From: an uncultured Candidatus Bathyarchaeia archaeon
GTDB taxonomy: Archaea; Thermoproteota; Bathyarchaeia; 40CM-2-53-6
NCBI GenBank assembly: GCA_964559555.1
Contig: CAZLHM010000007.1
Span: 1,942 to 65,941 of the forward strand
DNA length: 64,000 nt
Direction: 5' to 3'
The notes beneath the pieces were generated by a model that ran no database searches, was not told where the DNA came from, and worked only from the letters and a program-made list of their open reading frames with translations. Shown one piece after another: positions 27,796 to 37,092 of the stretch; position 1 is the first letter of the stretch; every line of letters begins with the position of its first letter. Made by a program: the position numbers and the translations under genes.

Positions 27796-28462
27796 TGGTG
27801 GTCTGCTGATACGAAAAGGCGCGGAGGCCAGTATATTCTTGGAGGAGTGGTACGGCAGGCAGGTCGTAATGAAGACTCGTCTGCCAAAGTCGTACAGAGT
27901 CGGCCCCCTCGACGCTTCGATCAGGTTCGCTAGGACATCACGAGAGGCCAACCTGCTCCACGACTCGAAACGAGCAGGTGTGCCAACTCCAACCGTATAC
28001 GAGGTTGACAGAAGCACCTGCACTATCGCAATGGAATATGTGAATGGGCCGCGTCTTAAAGAGGCGTTGTCGACCATGAAGGCGCCTGAGGTCCGAAGAA
28101 CCGTTTTGATGGTGGGATCGCTGATTGGTCGACTGCACAAAGGAGGCATCGTTCACGGCGACCTTACTACATCAAACATGATCCTCCGAGACGGAGCGAA
28201 GCTCTTCTTCATAGACTTTGGACTTGGAGACTATTCATCCGAGTTGGAAGCGAGAGGAGTAGACCTTCTGCTAATGAGCAGAGCCTTCAAGAGCACGCAT
28301 TTCGCAATATACTCGAAGGCATTCAAGGACGTCCTTGCCGGCTATAGTGAAGTAATCGGACCGAGCGATACACAACTGGCTCTCAAGAAGATGCGCGAGA
28401 TCGAAATCCGAGGGAGATACAGTGAGAGGTCTCAGACGGGTTTACTTCCTGACTTCAAATAG
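27770..28462 (+). CDS. bud32: Bud32/PRPK atypical kinase (KEOPS subunit).
   Basis: Motifs LIRKGAEASIF, VVMKTR.PKSYR, IVHGDLTTSNMI and FIDFGL are present. The start at ATG 27770 overlaps kae1 by 26 nt, whereas the track ORF starts at 27710. Confidence 0.85.
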   Translation: MTWTCPGGDGGLLIRKGAEASIFLEEWYGRQVVMKTRLPKSYRVGPLDASIRFARTSREANLLHDSKRAGVPTPTVYEVDRSTCTIAMEYVNGPRLKEALSTMKAPEVRRTVLMVGSLIGRLHKGGIVHGDLTTSNMILRDGAKLFFIDFGLGDYSSELEARGVDLLLMSRAFKSTHFAIYSKAFKDVLAGYSEVIGPSDTQLALKKMREIEIRGRYSERSQTGLLPDFK

Positions 28463-29003
28463 GAGCAAGTTTAGGGAAGCAGCAGAAATCGCCTTCGCGT
28501 CAGATTTCAGATTACAGATGCTGTCTGCACCGAAGATCGAGATACAATCAGAAGATCTTCGAGAGATTGCTTCGTATGCCGCTAAAGAAGCAGCGGAACG
28601 GCTACGACTGGAAGTTGTCGTAGAGGATGCCGGTCTTTTCATAAATGCGCTAAAGGGATTTCCCGGACCCTATTCGTCGGACGTCTTCAAACGTCTCGGA
28701 ACCAAAGGCATACTGACGCTGATGCAACATGTCTCATCAAGAGAGGCGAGATTCTATTCTGCTGCAGCGTTCTGCGTACCCAATGCCAATCCAAAGTGCT
28801 TTGCGGGAATAGTGAGGGGTAGGATAAGCACGCGTGAGAGGGGAAAGGGCGGATTCGGCTTTGATCCTATTTTCATACCGGCGATGGGCGACGGGAGAAC
28901 CTTTGCAGAGATGACCAACTCAGAGAAGAACAGGATGTCGCATAGAGCCCAATCATTTCGCAAACTCGTGCGGTGGCTCTCGAGTGTGCGAATAGGAACC
29001 TAG
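28422..29003 (+). CDS. rdgB: Non-canonical purine NTP pyrophosphatase (HAM1/RdgB/ITPase).
   Basis: Motifs FLTSNRSKFREA, VEDAGLFI..L.GFPGPYS, GFGFDPIF and SHRAQSF are present. The GTG start overlaps bud32 by 41 nt. Confidence 0.88.
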   Translation: MRGLRRVYFLTSNRSKFREAAEIAFASDFRLQMLSAPKIEIQSEDLREIASYAAKEAAERLRLEVVVEDAGLFINALKGFPGPYSSDVFKRLGTKGILTLMQHVSSREARFYSAAAFCVPNANPKCFAGIVRGRISTRERGKGGFGFDPIFIPAMGDGRTFAEMTNSEKNRMSHRAQSFRKLVRWLSSVRIGT

Positions 29004-29381
29004 AGAACTTCGCAACGGAAGTCGCACTCTCCTGCGGCTTTAGAGACATGCAAGACGTCAAAAGAGTCCTGCCGGTCATCTCAGAATGGGGCAGGAGCAG
29101 GCTGTGATTGGGGAAGGCGACCCCTGAAGGACTGCTGAGTATTCCCTCATATTTCGACTGGATTGAGGCGAGTTCATGAGTACAGCGCGATAGCCGCCTT
29201 CTCTTACAGTACGCCGATCCAGTCTGCCAGCAACGAGAGTTGCGGATTTCGGGAACTTGCTCCGGGGGAATTTGCAGACATGCGCGACGAGTGGACGATG
29301 CAGGAACTGCTTAAATAGATCAGTCTTGGTCGAATAGCGAGATCTGGAAACGGATAGCAATAATCACAGAGTGCGTCTGAC

Positions 29382-29831
29382 TTGGCTAGGTTATACACAA
29401 GCAAGCGGGGCCGTTCGGGCTCGACCCGTCCCGTTAGCAAGAAACCACCCCTGTGGTTCAAGTATACTCCAGAAGAGGTGGAGGCGCTCATAGCAAAGCT
29501 GGCCAAGGAGGGGAACTCGGCGAGTTCGATCGGAGTGATCCTCAGGGATAGGTACGGTGTGCCCTTGGTCAAACCTATCACGGGGAAGAGCGTCACGGAA
29601 CATGTCACAGCCGCCGGCCAAGCGCAGAAGATCCCGGAAGATCTTGACTACTTGTTCCGCAGGGCAGAGGGATTGCGAAAGCATTTGGAGAAGAACAGGA
29701 AAGACTATCCAAACAAGAGAGCACTCGCAACAGTCGAGTCCAAGATCCATCGACTTGTGAAATACTACAAGTCACAGGGCAAGCTGCAGCCGGAGTGGGA
29801 GTACAAGCCCATGGCCGCCTCCGTGGCGTAG
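29382..29831 (+). CDS. rps15: Ribosomal protein uS15 (S15P/S13e).
   Basis: (M)ARLYTSKRGRSGSTRP...GVILRDRYGVPLVKPITGKS...HLEKNRKD matches the family. A TTG start is required because there is no in-frame ATG in the conserved part. Confidence 0.93.
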   Translation: MARLYTSKRGRSGSTRPVSKKPPLWFKYTPEEVEALIAKLAKEGNSASSIGVILRDRYGVPLVKPITGKSVTEHVTAAGQAQKIPEDLDYLFRRAEGLRKHLEKNRKDYPNKRALATVESKIHRLVKYYKSQGKLQPEWEYKPMAASVA

Positions 29832-29833
29832 AA

Positions 29834-31273
29834 ATGTCCTCTCCATCGAATCCAGACGGCCTTCTTGCTAGAGCCAATGAAGCCGCGGGAATTCTCAAGG
29901 ATAAGGCGTCACACAGTTCGAAGATCTTGGTGCTTTCCCATTACGATGCGGATGGGCTGTCAGCAGCAGGTATCCTAGGATCAAGCCTTTCGAGGATGAA
30001 AGGCAACTTCCAGCTGAGAGTGATAAAGGAACCTGATCCTCAAACGCTTGACGACGCATTACGGTGCGAACCCGAGTTTGTCGTGTTTGCAGACATTGGA
30101 AGCGGCTATCTTGAGGGGCTCGTCGAGAGGATTAAGGAACGCGAACTCCTGATCATTGATCATCATCCCCCAAGTTCCAAGCCATCCCAACGAGTCGTTC
30201 AGGTGAATCCGCATGATTTCGGCATTGACGGTGCGACCGATGTAAGCGCGGCCGGGCTTGCCTACCTCGTCTGTCGCAATCTGTCCCCGTCGAATGCTGA
30301 TCTTTCCGCTCTAGCGGTCGTGGGTGCCCTCGGAGACATGCAGGACAAGAACAAGGAGAGATGTCTCCGCGGACTCAACGATCTCGCAGTTCGGGACGCT
30401 GTAGAATGCGGTTGTCTAAAGACTGACAGGGACTTGCTGTTCTTTGGCAGAGAGACTCGTCCGATCCATCGCGCGATCTCCCTGACCACAACCCCTTACT
30501 TGCCATATCTGAGCGGTGAAGAGGACAACTGCACGGCTCTGCTCGCTTCTAGGAACATCTCATTGAAGGACGGAGAACGCTGGAGAACAATAAGCGACCT
30601 GAGCCACAAGGAGAAGCAAGCGCTACTCAGCGGGATCATCGATCTGCTTCTCTCGAAAGGATTCAAAGGAAGCAAAGCCTTGGAACTGATAGGAACCGTT
30701 TACACACTAACGAAAGAGCCTACGGGGAGCCCTACTCGTGATGCTCGAGAATTCTCCTCGACGCTCAATGCGTGTGGGAGAATGGATCGGCAAGGACTTG
30801 CTGTCGCTATATGTTTGGGTGAAAGAGGAACAGTGATGGATGACGTCCAGGAAGTCGTAACCGGCTATCGCAAGAGACTTGCCGAGTACATGGAATGGCT
30901 GACGCAGACACCTTCCGCAGTCACAGAGCTTCAGGCTGTCTGCGTGGTTAGGGGCGAAGAGAAGATCGCCGAAAACATGACAGGCGCGTTGTCGTCAATC
31001 ATTTCATCAGCCGGTCATCTAAGACCGGACAAGGCCACAGTCGTCGCGGCCAAGTCTCGAGATGGCGGGGTGAAGATCTCCGCAAGAGCACCTGAGGCTC
31101 TGCTTAGGAAGGGAGTGGACTTGGGCTTGGTCCTGCAGAAGGCTGCGGCAGCTCTCGGGGGGTTTGGCGGAGGTCATAACGTCGCTGCCGGGGCTCACAT
31201 TGCGTCTGTCAACCCCGAGGAATTGTATCACATGATCGACCGATTGATCTCAGAGCAGATGAAGGACGCTTGA
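29834..31273 (+). CDS. recJ: RecJ/Cdc45-like DHH-DHHA1 nuclease (archaeal GAN/RecJ family).
   Basis: Motifs VLSHYDADGLSAAG, FADIGSG, IIDHH and GGGHNVAAGA are present. The start at ATG 29834 lies 3 nt after the rps15 stop. Confidence 0.8.
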   Translation: MSSPSNPDGLLARANEAAGILKDKASHSSKILVLSHYDADGLSAAGILGSSLSRMKGNFQLRVIKEPDPQTLDDALRCEPEFVVFADIGSGYLEGLVERIKERELLIIDHHPPSSKPSQRVVQVNPHDFGIDGATDVSAAGLAYLVCRNLSPSNADLSALAVVGALGDMQDKNKERCLRGLNDLAVRDAVECGCLKTDRDLLFFGRETRPIHRAISLTTTPYLPYLSGEEDNCTALLASRNISLKDGERWRTISDLSHKEKQALLSGIIDLLLSKGFKGSKALELIGTVYTLTKEPTGSPTRDAREFSSTLNACGRMDRQGLAVAICLGERGTVMDDVQEVVTGYRKRLAEYMEWLTQTPSAVTELQAVCVVRGEEKIAENMTGALSSIISSAGHLRPDKATVVAAKSRDGGVKISARAPEALLRKGVDLGLVLQKAAAALGGFGGGHNVAAGAHIASVNPEELYHMIDRLISEQMKDA

Positions 31274-31527
31274 AAGCGACCATTGTCACACACCATCGAA
31301 CCGGCATGGCGGCAAAGGCAATTGAGGCAGCGTTGAGACCTGACAATGAGTCTGCACCTCCACCTCTCAAGGTCAGATCAAGAGCGAACGGGAGAACTGT
31401 CATTTCAAAGGTAACAGGCGCACAAGACTTGGATTCGCTGCTCTCCACCATTGACGATCTCTTGCTGTGCCTCATTGCTACGGACAGAACTTTGTCAGGT
31501 TTGAAGCCAAAAGGAAGTCCGCAATAG
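31270..31527 (+). CDS. pcc1: Pcc1-like KEOPS subunit (first of two paralogues in the window).
   Basis: It is an 85-aa protein with the Pcc1/CTAG pattern (AAKAIEAALRPDNES...TGAQDLDSLLSTIDDLL). The TTG start overlaps the recJ stop. Confidence 0.6.
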   Translation: MKATIVTHHRTGMAAKAIEAALRPDNESAPPPLKVRSRANGRTVISKVTGAQDLDSLLSTIDDLLLCLIATDRTLSGLKPKGSPQ

Positions 31528-31610
31528 AATAGGCATCGACTGTAGGTGAGTTGTGCTACAAAGGTTTAATAGCCCATCGAAGGTGCTGCGTGTCCGCTCA
31601 GGGATCACGA

Positions 31611-32249
31611 TTGTCCAAGGCCGCCAAGAAAGTCAGAGACAAGTGGCGAGCGAAGGAATGGTATGATGTCTACGCGCCCGGGTACTTTGGCGAGAAGAAG
31701 GTCGCATCGATCCCCTGCAGTGACCCAACCATGCTGATGGGTCGAGTCGTCGAGACGACGCTGTATGACATCACGAACGACTTCTCCCACCAATCCACGA
31801 AGCTCTACTTCCTAGCCGTGAACGTCAAGGGGAGCAGAGTTGAAACAATCCTCAAGGGACATGAGTATTCCGCGGACTATCTTCGCAGCCTAGTCAGACG
31901 CGGAAGTACGCGAATAGACGCGATCTTCAACGTGACATCGAAGGATCAATATGTCACGAGAGTATCTGTGGTGGCTTTCACACGGGATCGAGTCAACGCC
32001 AACCAACAACATCTCATCAGAGCCATTATGAAGAAGACAATAGAAGAGAAGGCAGCTACGCTCGCGTACGACCAACTCTGTCACGAGATGGTCCTCGGGA
32101 TCTTCGGCTCTGAAGTCTACAACCTGGGAAAGAAGATCTCGCCGCTTCGACATGTCGGCGTACGAAAGTCCAAGTTGCTCGTCATACCTGAGGGTATCAT
32201 TGCGAAGCCAGCTGAGATTCTGGCCCAAGCCAAGGCCGTGGAGGCCTAG
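31611..32249 (+). CDS. rps3ae: Ribosomal protein eS1 (S3Ae).
   Basis: KKVRDKWRAKEWYDVYAPGYFG... is typical of S3Ae. The start is uncertain: TTG 31611 and GTG 31590 are candidates, and the track ORF begins at 31551. Confidence 0.88.
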   Translation: MSKAAKKVRDKWRAKEWYDVYAPGYFGEKKVASIPCSDPTMLMGRVVETTLYDITNDFSHQSTKLYFLAVNVKGSRVETILKGHEYSADYLRSLVRRGSTRIDAIFNVTSKDQYVTRVSVVAFTRDRVNANQQHLIRAIMKKTIEEKAATLAYDQLCHEMVLGIFGSEVYNLGKKISPLRHVGVRKSKLLVIPEGIIAKPAEILAQAKAVEA

Positions 32250-32557
32250 CGGCCGCCTCTCCGGTACATCTTCTTGATTTCATCCTGCAGTTCTAGAAGC
32301 TGCCTTCGCAAGTCAGCATCTGCTGGTTCACCGCCTACTTGGCTACCCGGCCGAGATGCAATTCGATCGAAACGAACCATGGCTACCCGAACACGTTCCT
32401 GCAGCTCCCCGATCGCCTCCGTCTCGTGAAGGTAACCTGCAAGTACTCCGACCAATCCCCCAGCGGCGAGACCAGCAATGAACGAGGCAAAATCGAAAAC
32501 CAACTGGTATCCCTCCGGCCGGCGCACGCTTGGAGTTGTCACACTTTTAAGAGCCAT
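32246..32557 (-). CDS. Hypothetical small membrane protein.
   Basis: It has one hydrophobic segment (FASFIAGLAAGGLVGVLAGYL) followed by a charged helix. I recognise no family. Confidence 0.4.
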   Translation of the reverse strand: MALKSVTTPSVRRPEGYQLVFDFASFIAGLAAGGLVGVLAGYLHETEAIGELQERVRVAMVRFDRIASRPGSQVGGEPADADLRRQLLELQDEIKKMYRRGGR

Positions 32558-32598
32558 GGTCGGATGCTCGAAGCAAACGACATGTACTAGATCCGAGG

Positions 32599-33873
32599 GT
32601 GAGAGTGCGAGGAGCACAGACCTTGAGGATTTCAGAACAAATCCGAAAGGCCGTAGTTCTGGCAGCTGGCAAAGGAGTGCGTCTCTGGCCGCTCACCGAG
32701 AACCGGTCCAAGCACATGATCCCCATTGCAGGAAGACCGGTGATTGAACACCTCCTACTGGGGATCAAGTCGTCAGGCATACATTCCGTAGTGCTCGTGA
32801 CATCCTACAGAGAGGATGTCATAAGAGAACACTTCGGCGACGGAAGGAAGTTTGGCGTCAAGATAGAGTACGTGCATCAGTCTGACGTTTCTGGAACCGC
32901 GAGCGCGGCCTCAATAGTGCGTGAGCAGGTAGACGGAGGCAACTTCTTGCTTCTCTACGGCGACTTAGTCGTAAGCTCGAAGGCGATCAAGTCTGTCCTT
33001 GGAACGCACCTGAACAAGGGGCGCAAGCCTACTGTAGGATTGGTTCCAGTCAGGCGCCCTGAGTTCTACGGGGTAGGAAGGGTCTCAGGAGAATGGATCG
33101 CTGAAATCGTGGAGAAACCTGACGCCGGCTCAGCACCGAGCAATCTCGCCAACACCGGGATCTACGTCCTACCGCCAGAGGTGTTCAGCTACTTGGAGGC
33201 GACATCAAGATCCGGACGGGGAGAGTTTGAGATAACCGACGCCATCTCCTCGCTATCCCAACGCGGAACTCAGATCGCTTGGGCGCAGATACGATCCGAC
33301 GATTGGCTGGACATCGGCAGACCATGGGACCTTCTCTCCGCCAACGCGAGGCTCCTTGACAGATCGAAGCGGGCAATCAAGGGTACCGTAGAGAAGGGCG
33401 CGACAATGATAGGTCACGTCACGATCCAGAAAGGCGCCACAATTAGGAAAGGCACAATTATCGAAGGCCCGGCTTGGATCGGGGAGAATGCTACTGTAGG
33501 GCCGATGGCACACATACGTGCATGTACATCAATCGGAAGAAGCGCAGTAATCGGCAACTTCTGCGAGATCAAGAACTCGATCATCATGGACGGAACTCAC
33601 ATTCATCACCTTTCATATGTCGGCGACAGCATCATCGGAGAAAGATGCAATCTCGGAGCAGGTACGGTAGTTGCAAACGTGAAGTTCAGTGACAGAAACG
33701 TACAGATGAGACTGAGGGACAAGCTAGAAGACAGCGGCCTAAGAAAGCTAGGTGTTTTCACAGGTGATGATGTCAAGACCGGAGTCAATTCATCCATAAT
33801 GCCGGGCGTCAGAATTGCCTCAGGTGCAACGGTTCCTGCTGGGTCTGTCATCTCCGAAGACATCAGCTCGTAG
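32599..33873 (+). CDS. Bifunctional sugar-1-phosphate nucleotidyltransferase / acetyltransferase-like protein (GlmU-like: NTP-transferase plus left-handed beta-helix).
   Basis: The N-terminus has AVVLAAGKGVRLWPLTENRSKHMIP. The C-terminus has hexapeptide repeats (IGENATVGP, IGRSAVIGNFCEI, IGERCNLGAGTVV). Confidence 0.8.
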   Translation: MRVRGAQTLRISEQIRKAVVLAAGKGVRLWPLTENRSKHMIPIAGRPVIEHLLLGIKSSGIHSVVLVTSYREDVIREHFGDGRKFGVKIEYVHQSDVSGTASAASIVREQVDGGNFLLLYGDLVVSSKAIKSVLGTHLNKGRKPTVGLVPVRRPEFYGVGRVSGEWIAEIVEKPDAGSAPSNLANTGIYVLPPEVFSYLEATSRSGRGEFEITDAISSLSQRGTQIAWAQIRSDDWLDIGRPWDLLSANARLLDRSKRAIKGTVEKGATMIGHVTIQKGATIRKGTIIEGPAWIGENATVGPMAHIRACTSIGRSAVIGNFCEIKNSIIMDGTHIHHLSYVGDSIIGERCNLGAGTVVANVKFSDRNVQMRLRDKLEDSGLRKLGVFTGDDVKTGVNSSIMPGVRIASGATVPAGSVISEDISS

Positions 33874-33887
33874 AGAAAACGGAAGCG

Positions 33888-35096
33888 TCACCCTCGCTTC
33901 TTTGCGCTGATGATGGAGATCACGTCGCGGTCTTTGAGTATGTGGTCCTCGCCTATCCTCATCTTCGACCTTACCTCAACGCCATAGAGGAATCCTTCTC
34001 CGAGATCGGAGTGGATCATCCCGGCGAACTGCTTTGCCGTGGTTCCAAAGGGAACCAAATAGACGTCTGGTAGAACACGTCCCTTGTGGTCTGTGAGGTT
34101 CTCGGCATTCTCAACTGGATACACTGAGATCATCCTCAACATCTTGAAGAACGCATGATCAATTGCAGCCTGGACGCCGGTTGAGCCCCACGGAATCAGT
34201 ATCTTCTCTCGTATTCTGTTAAGACCCGCTACCTGTTCAGGCGACAGGCTGGCGCTTGTCACTTTGAAGTTGCTTTCACCGGGTCTGTAGTCCGTGAGGC
34301 CTTTCTCGGCGGTTCTCCTAAGTGCAAGCTCGGCCTCCGCGCAACATGGGATCACAGGGTATCCTGTCTTCTCCAACGCCTCTGCGTTCTCCTTTGCGAC
34401 TGGGATGTCGATCTTGTTTGCCGCAACAAGCATCGGCTTTGTGATGCGCCTGACTTCGTGCAGGAAATTCAACAGCTCATCTTCGGTCCATCGGCTTGGG
34501 CGAGAAGGATCAACGTGAATGCTCTCAAAAGCTCTCATTACGTGAACACGCCTGACTCCAAGCCCGCTCAGCCTCTCCTCGAGAACAGAGCTGAGTTCCT
34601 CTTTCGTTTCCTGAACCCTCTTCACGGTCCTGTCCCAGTCCTTCTTCACGATCTGAAGCAGCCACATGTCAAGCTCTCTCTCAAGGAATTGCACATCCTC
34701 TCGAGGGTCGTGTGCACCGGGATCGCAGGGTTTTCCTTCGATGTCGGTTGCGCCGGCAGCATCTACTATGTGGATAAGAGCATCTGCTTGCCTGATCTCA
34801 TCGAGGAATTGGTTGCCGAGACCTCGCCCCTGCCATGCACCAGGGACAAGCCCTGCGCAGTCAACGAGCTCAACCGGAACCAGTCGCGTTCCGTTGGCGC
34901 ACGCGGAGTTGGAGGGGTTGTCCTGAACATCGAACTCTCTACAAACACAAGGCGTTCTAACGTACCCAACGCCTCTATTCGGTTTGATCGTCGTGAAAGG
35001 ATAGTTTGCGATTGCGACATGCGCCAAGGTCGCAGCACTGAAGAAAGTGCTCTTCCCGACGTTAGGTTTTCCGACAACTCCAACGGAGAAACCCAT
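33888..35096 (-). CDS. Obg-like GTPase/ATPase of the YchF/OLA1 group with a C-terminal TGS domain.
   Basis: G1 VGVVGKPNVGKST, YPFTTIKPN, DCAGLVPGA and AANKID are present, with a TGS-like tail (ILKDRDVISI). Confidence 0.8.
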   Translation of the reverse strand: MGFSVGVVGKPNVGKSTFFSAATLAHVAIANYPFTTIKPNRGVGYVRTPCVCREFDVQDNPSNSACANGTRLVPVELVDCAGLVPGAWQGRGLGNQFLDEIRQADALIHIVDAAGATDIEGKPCDPGAHDPREDVQFLERELDMWLLQIVKKDWDRTVKRVQETKEELSSVLEERLSGLGVRRVHVMRAFESIHVDPSRPSRWTEDELLNFLHEVRRITKPMLVAANKIDIPVAKENAEALEKTGYPVIPCCAEAELALRRTAEKGLTDYRPGESNFKVTSASLSPEQVAGLNRIREKILIPWGSTGVQAAIDHAFFKMLRMISVYPVENAENLTDHKGRVLPDVYLVPFGTTAKQFAGMIHSDLGEGFLYGVEVRSKMRIGEDHILKDRDVISIISAKKRG

Positions 35097-35287
35097 TGGG
35101 CATCACGCTCTCTGTCGCGGACATATGGAAGGTCTCTTCTATTCAAGCTTCGTTGAACGCGAAGCCACTGATCTCACATATGATAATACAAGTCGGATTT
35201 CCGGGTGGGACAAGCTTTATCGAGCGGTTTCCTGGTGGTGTGGACCCGTATCTGCAAGGCAGGAAAGTGAGCAGACGGTAATGGGAC

Positions 35288-35752
35288 ATGGGCGCCTACA
35301 AGTATATCGCGAAATCATGGGAGCAGCGGAAGAGCGGTGAGCTTGTTCGATATCTGCGTCAAGCGGCGATAGGTTGGAGAAGAGACCATGCCATCGAACG
35401 TATAGAGTATCCGACTCGCCCAGACCGCGCAAGGAGTCTTGGGTATCGAAGGAAACAAGGTTTCATCCTCGCAAGGGTTCGCGTCAGAAAAGGAGGTGCT
35501 AGGAAGCCCCGCCCCTCTTCGGGGCGCAGGCCCAAAGCCATTGGAGTCAGCAAATTCACGAGGGCCAAGAACCTCAAACAGATAGGGAAAGAGAGAGTGG
35601 CCAAGAAGTTCCCAAATCTGAAAGTCCTGAATTCGTACTACGTTTGGGAAGACGGTACAAGCAGATGGTTCGAGGTAGTTCTCGTCGATCCAAACCACCC
35701 GGCCATCAGAGGAGATCAGGCAGTAAGGCAAGCACTTGGGCTCAAGATATGA
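35288..35752 (+). CDS. rpl15e: Ribosomal protein eL15 (L15e), short form.
   Basis: MGAYKYIAKSW...GYRRKQGFILARVRVRKGGARKPRP...NSYYVWEDGTSRWFEVVLVDPNHPAI matches the family. The ORF stops 13-14 codons after DPNHPAI. Confidence 0.9.
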   Translation: MGAYKYIAKSWEQRKSGELVRYLRQAAIGWRRDHAIERIEYPTRPDRARSLGYRRKQGFILARVRVRKGGARKPRPSSGRRPKAIGVSKFTRAKNLKQIGKERVAKKFPNLKVLNSYYVWEDGTSRWFEVVLVDPNHPAIRGDQAVRQALGLKI

Positions 35753-35828
35753 GACACGAGAGCAAGCTTCCCACTGATCAGAGTTCTTATCTCTGATGTG
35801 ACTGGAATACTCCGCTGGTAGAAAGTGT

Positions 35829-36635
35829 TTGGGGGACAAGCACAGGGCGGTTCTGATCAAGCTGGGCGGCTCGGTAATAACTCACAAGAACCGACCGTTC
35901 AAAGCAGACTACGCCGCACTGAGGCGAATTGCGCGGGCGCTTGCAAGACGCCGCGAGAGGCTCGTGCTTCTCAACGGCGCTGGCTCATTTGGACACATCC
36001 CCGTGAAGCACCACCAACTCGACAAAGGGTTTGGTTCTAACAAGCTGGAGGCGTTTTCCCAAACCAAGCTACAGTTGCTCAGGCTTCAACAGATCTTGAT
36101 TTCGGTGCTGTCCAGCCACGGCATTCCGACGGTGCCCTTCATCCCTTCAAGTTTCATGCTTGCACAGTCAGGGAGGTTGTGCAAGGTGGACCTTCTTCCA
36201 CTATGTAAGCTGCTGGACTTGGGGCTGGTTCCACTACTGGGCGGCGATCTTGTGCCAGATCTGGACAGAGGCTGGAGTGTCGTCTCAGCAGACCAGATGG
36301 CCTCTTGGATCGCCCCTCGAATCGGAGCGTCAATGCTGATCTACGGAACTGACGTTGATGGATTCTACTCATCTGATCCAAAGAACTCCCCAGAAGCGAG
36401 GTTCATAGAGACCGTGACTTATCGAGATGTTCAAACCGTCGCGAGATCCGCTCTAGGCTCCAGAACACCCGATGTCACTTCAGGAATGCGTGGCAAGCTA
36501 CACGAAGCACAGCGTGCCGCAAAAAGGGGAGTTGCTGTCATAATCATGAACCTTAGGAGGCCCGAGAGGCTACACGCAATCCTCGACGGCAAGAAAGGGA
36601 AGTGGACTACGGTACTGCCGCCGGGAGGTGTCTAG
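35829..36635 (+). CDS. ipk: Isopentenyl phosphate kinase (amino-acid kinase fold).
   Basis: VLIKLGGSVITHK...LLNGAGSFGHIPV... and the C-terminal DVTSGM are present. It begins with TTG. Confidence 0.8.
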   Translation: MGDKHRAVLIKLGGSVITHKNRPFKADYAALRRIARALARRRERLVLLNGAGSFGHIPVKHHQLDKGFGSNKLEAFSQTKLQLLRLQQILISVLSSHGIPTVPFIPSSFMLAQSGRLCKVDLLPLCKLLDLGLVPLLGGDLVPDLDRGWSVVSADQMASWIAPRIGASMLIYGTDVDGFYSSDPKNSPEARFIETVTYRDVQTVARSALGSRTPDVTSGMRGKLHEAQRAAKRGVAVIIMNLRRPERLHAILDGKKGKWTTVLPPGGV

Positions 36636-36994
36636 AGCAAGGATAGGTTGCCCGTTAGGCTGTCGATGAGAGGAGATGGCCCCGGCCCTATGGCGAGACA
36701 TGTGATCGTTCCGGGCTCTAGTTGCGTGAGACCGCGGTCCGTAACCAATGCCGAAGGGAGTCGAAGTTCCTTTGTCCTCTTCTCCAACTGGAAGATCTCT
36801 TCCACAGATTCTGCCCTGACCACGACCTTGCATTGTCCCTCCTTCAGCCATGCATCCCACCAAGCCTTGAACGTCCTGCGAGCTTCTTCGGCGGCTGAGA
36901 CGGCCCCATGTGCCACTTGGACCGCGATCTTGCCCTTTCCCATGTCCAAGTCTCGCCTAACCACCATGACCTGCTTGAACTCGAAGAGTTCCAC
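36632..36994 (-). CDS. pth2: Peptidyl-tRNA hydrolase, archaeal type (Pth2).
   Basis: KQVMVVRRDLDMGKGKIAVQVAHGAV...VTDRGLTQLEPGTITCLAIGP matches the family. Confidence 0.9.
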   Translation of the reverse strand: MELFEFKQVMVVRRDLDMGKGKIAVQVAHGAVSAAEEARRTFKAWWDAWLKEGQCKVVVRAESVEEIFQLEKRTKELRLPSALVTDRGLTQLEPGTITCLAIGPGPSPLIDSLTGNLSLL

Positions 36995-37092
36995 TCAAGT
37001 TCACCTGTAGCTCGTTCTCAAGCGTTGAGTTCAACTATCAGTTAGCACCACTTGGACAAGAGTGTTCTGCCAGCGCCGAGTCTGATCACACA

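Noticed and set aside
29235-29265. tRNA T-arm-like string (ttgcGGATTTCGGGAACttgc, minus strand GTTCCCGAAATCC).
   Set aside because: I could not build a matching acceptor stem, D-arm or anticodon arm on either strand, and the T-loop sequence deviates from TTCRANY.
35213-35233. Shared CTTTATCGAGCG 12-mer upstream of rpl15e and, at 63279..63299, upstream of the second lhr.
   Set aside because: A single 12-nt coincidence is expected by chance many times in a 64-kb window counting both strands. It is probably just two TATA-like boxes.
35315-35860. 181-aa minus-strand ORF.
   Set aside because: It is antisense to rpl15e, which has unmistakable eL15 motifs. The antisense frame has no features.
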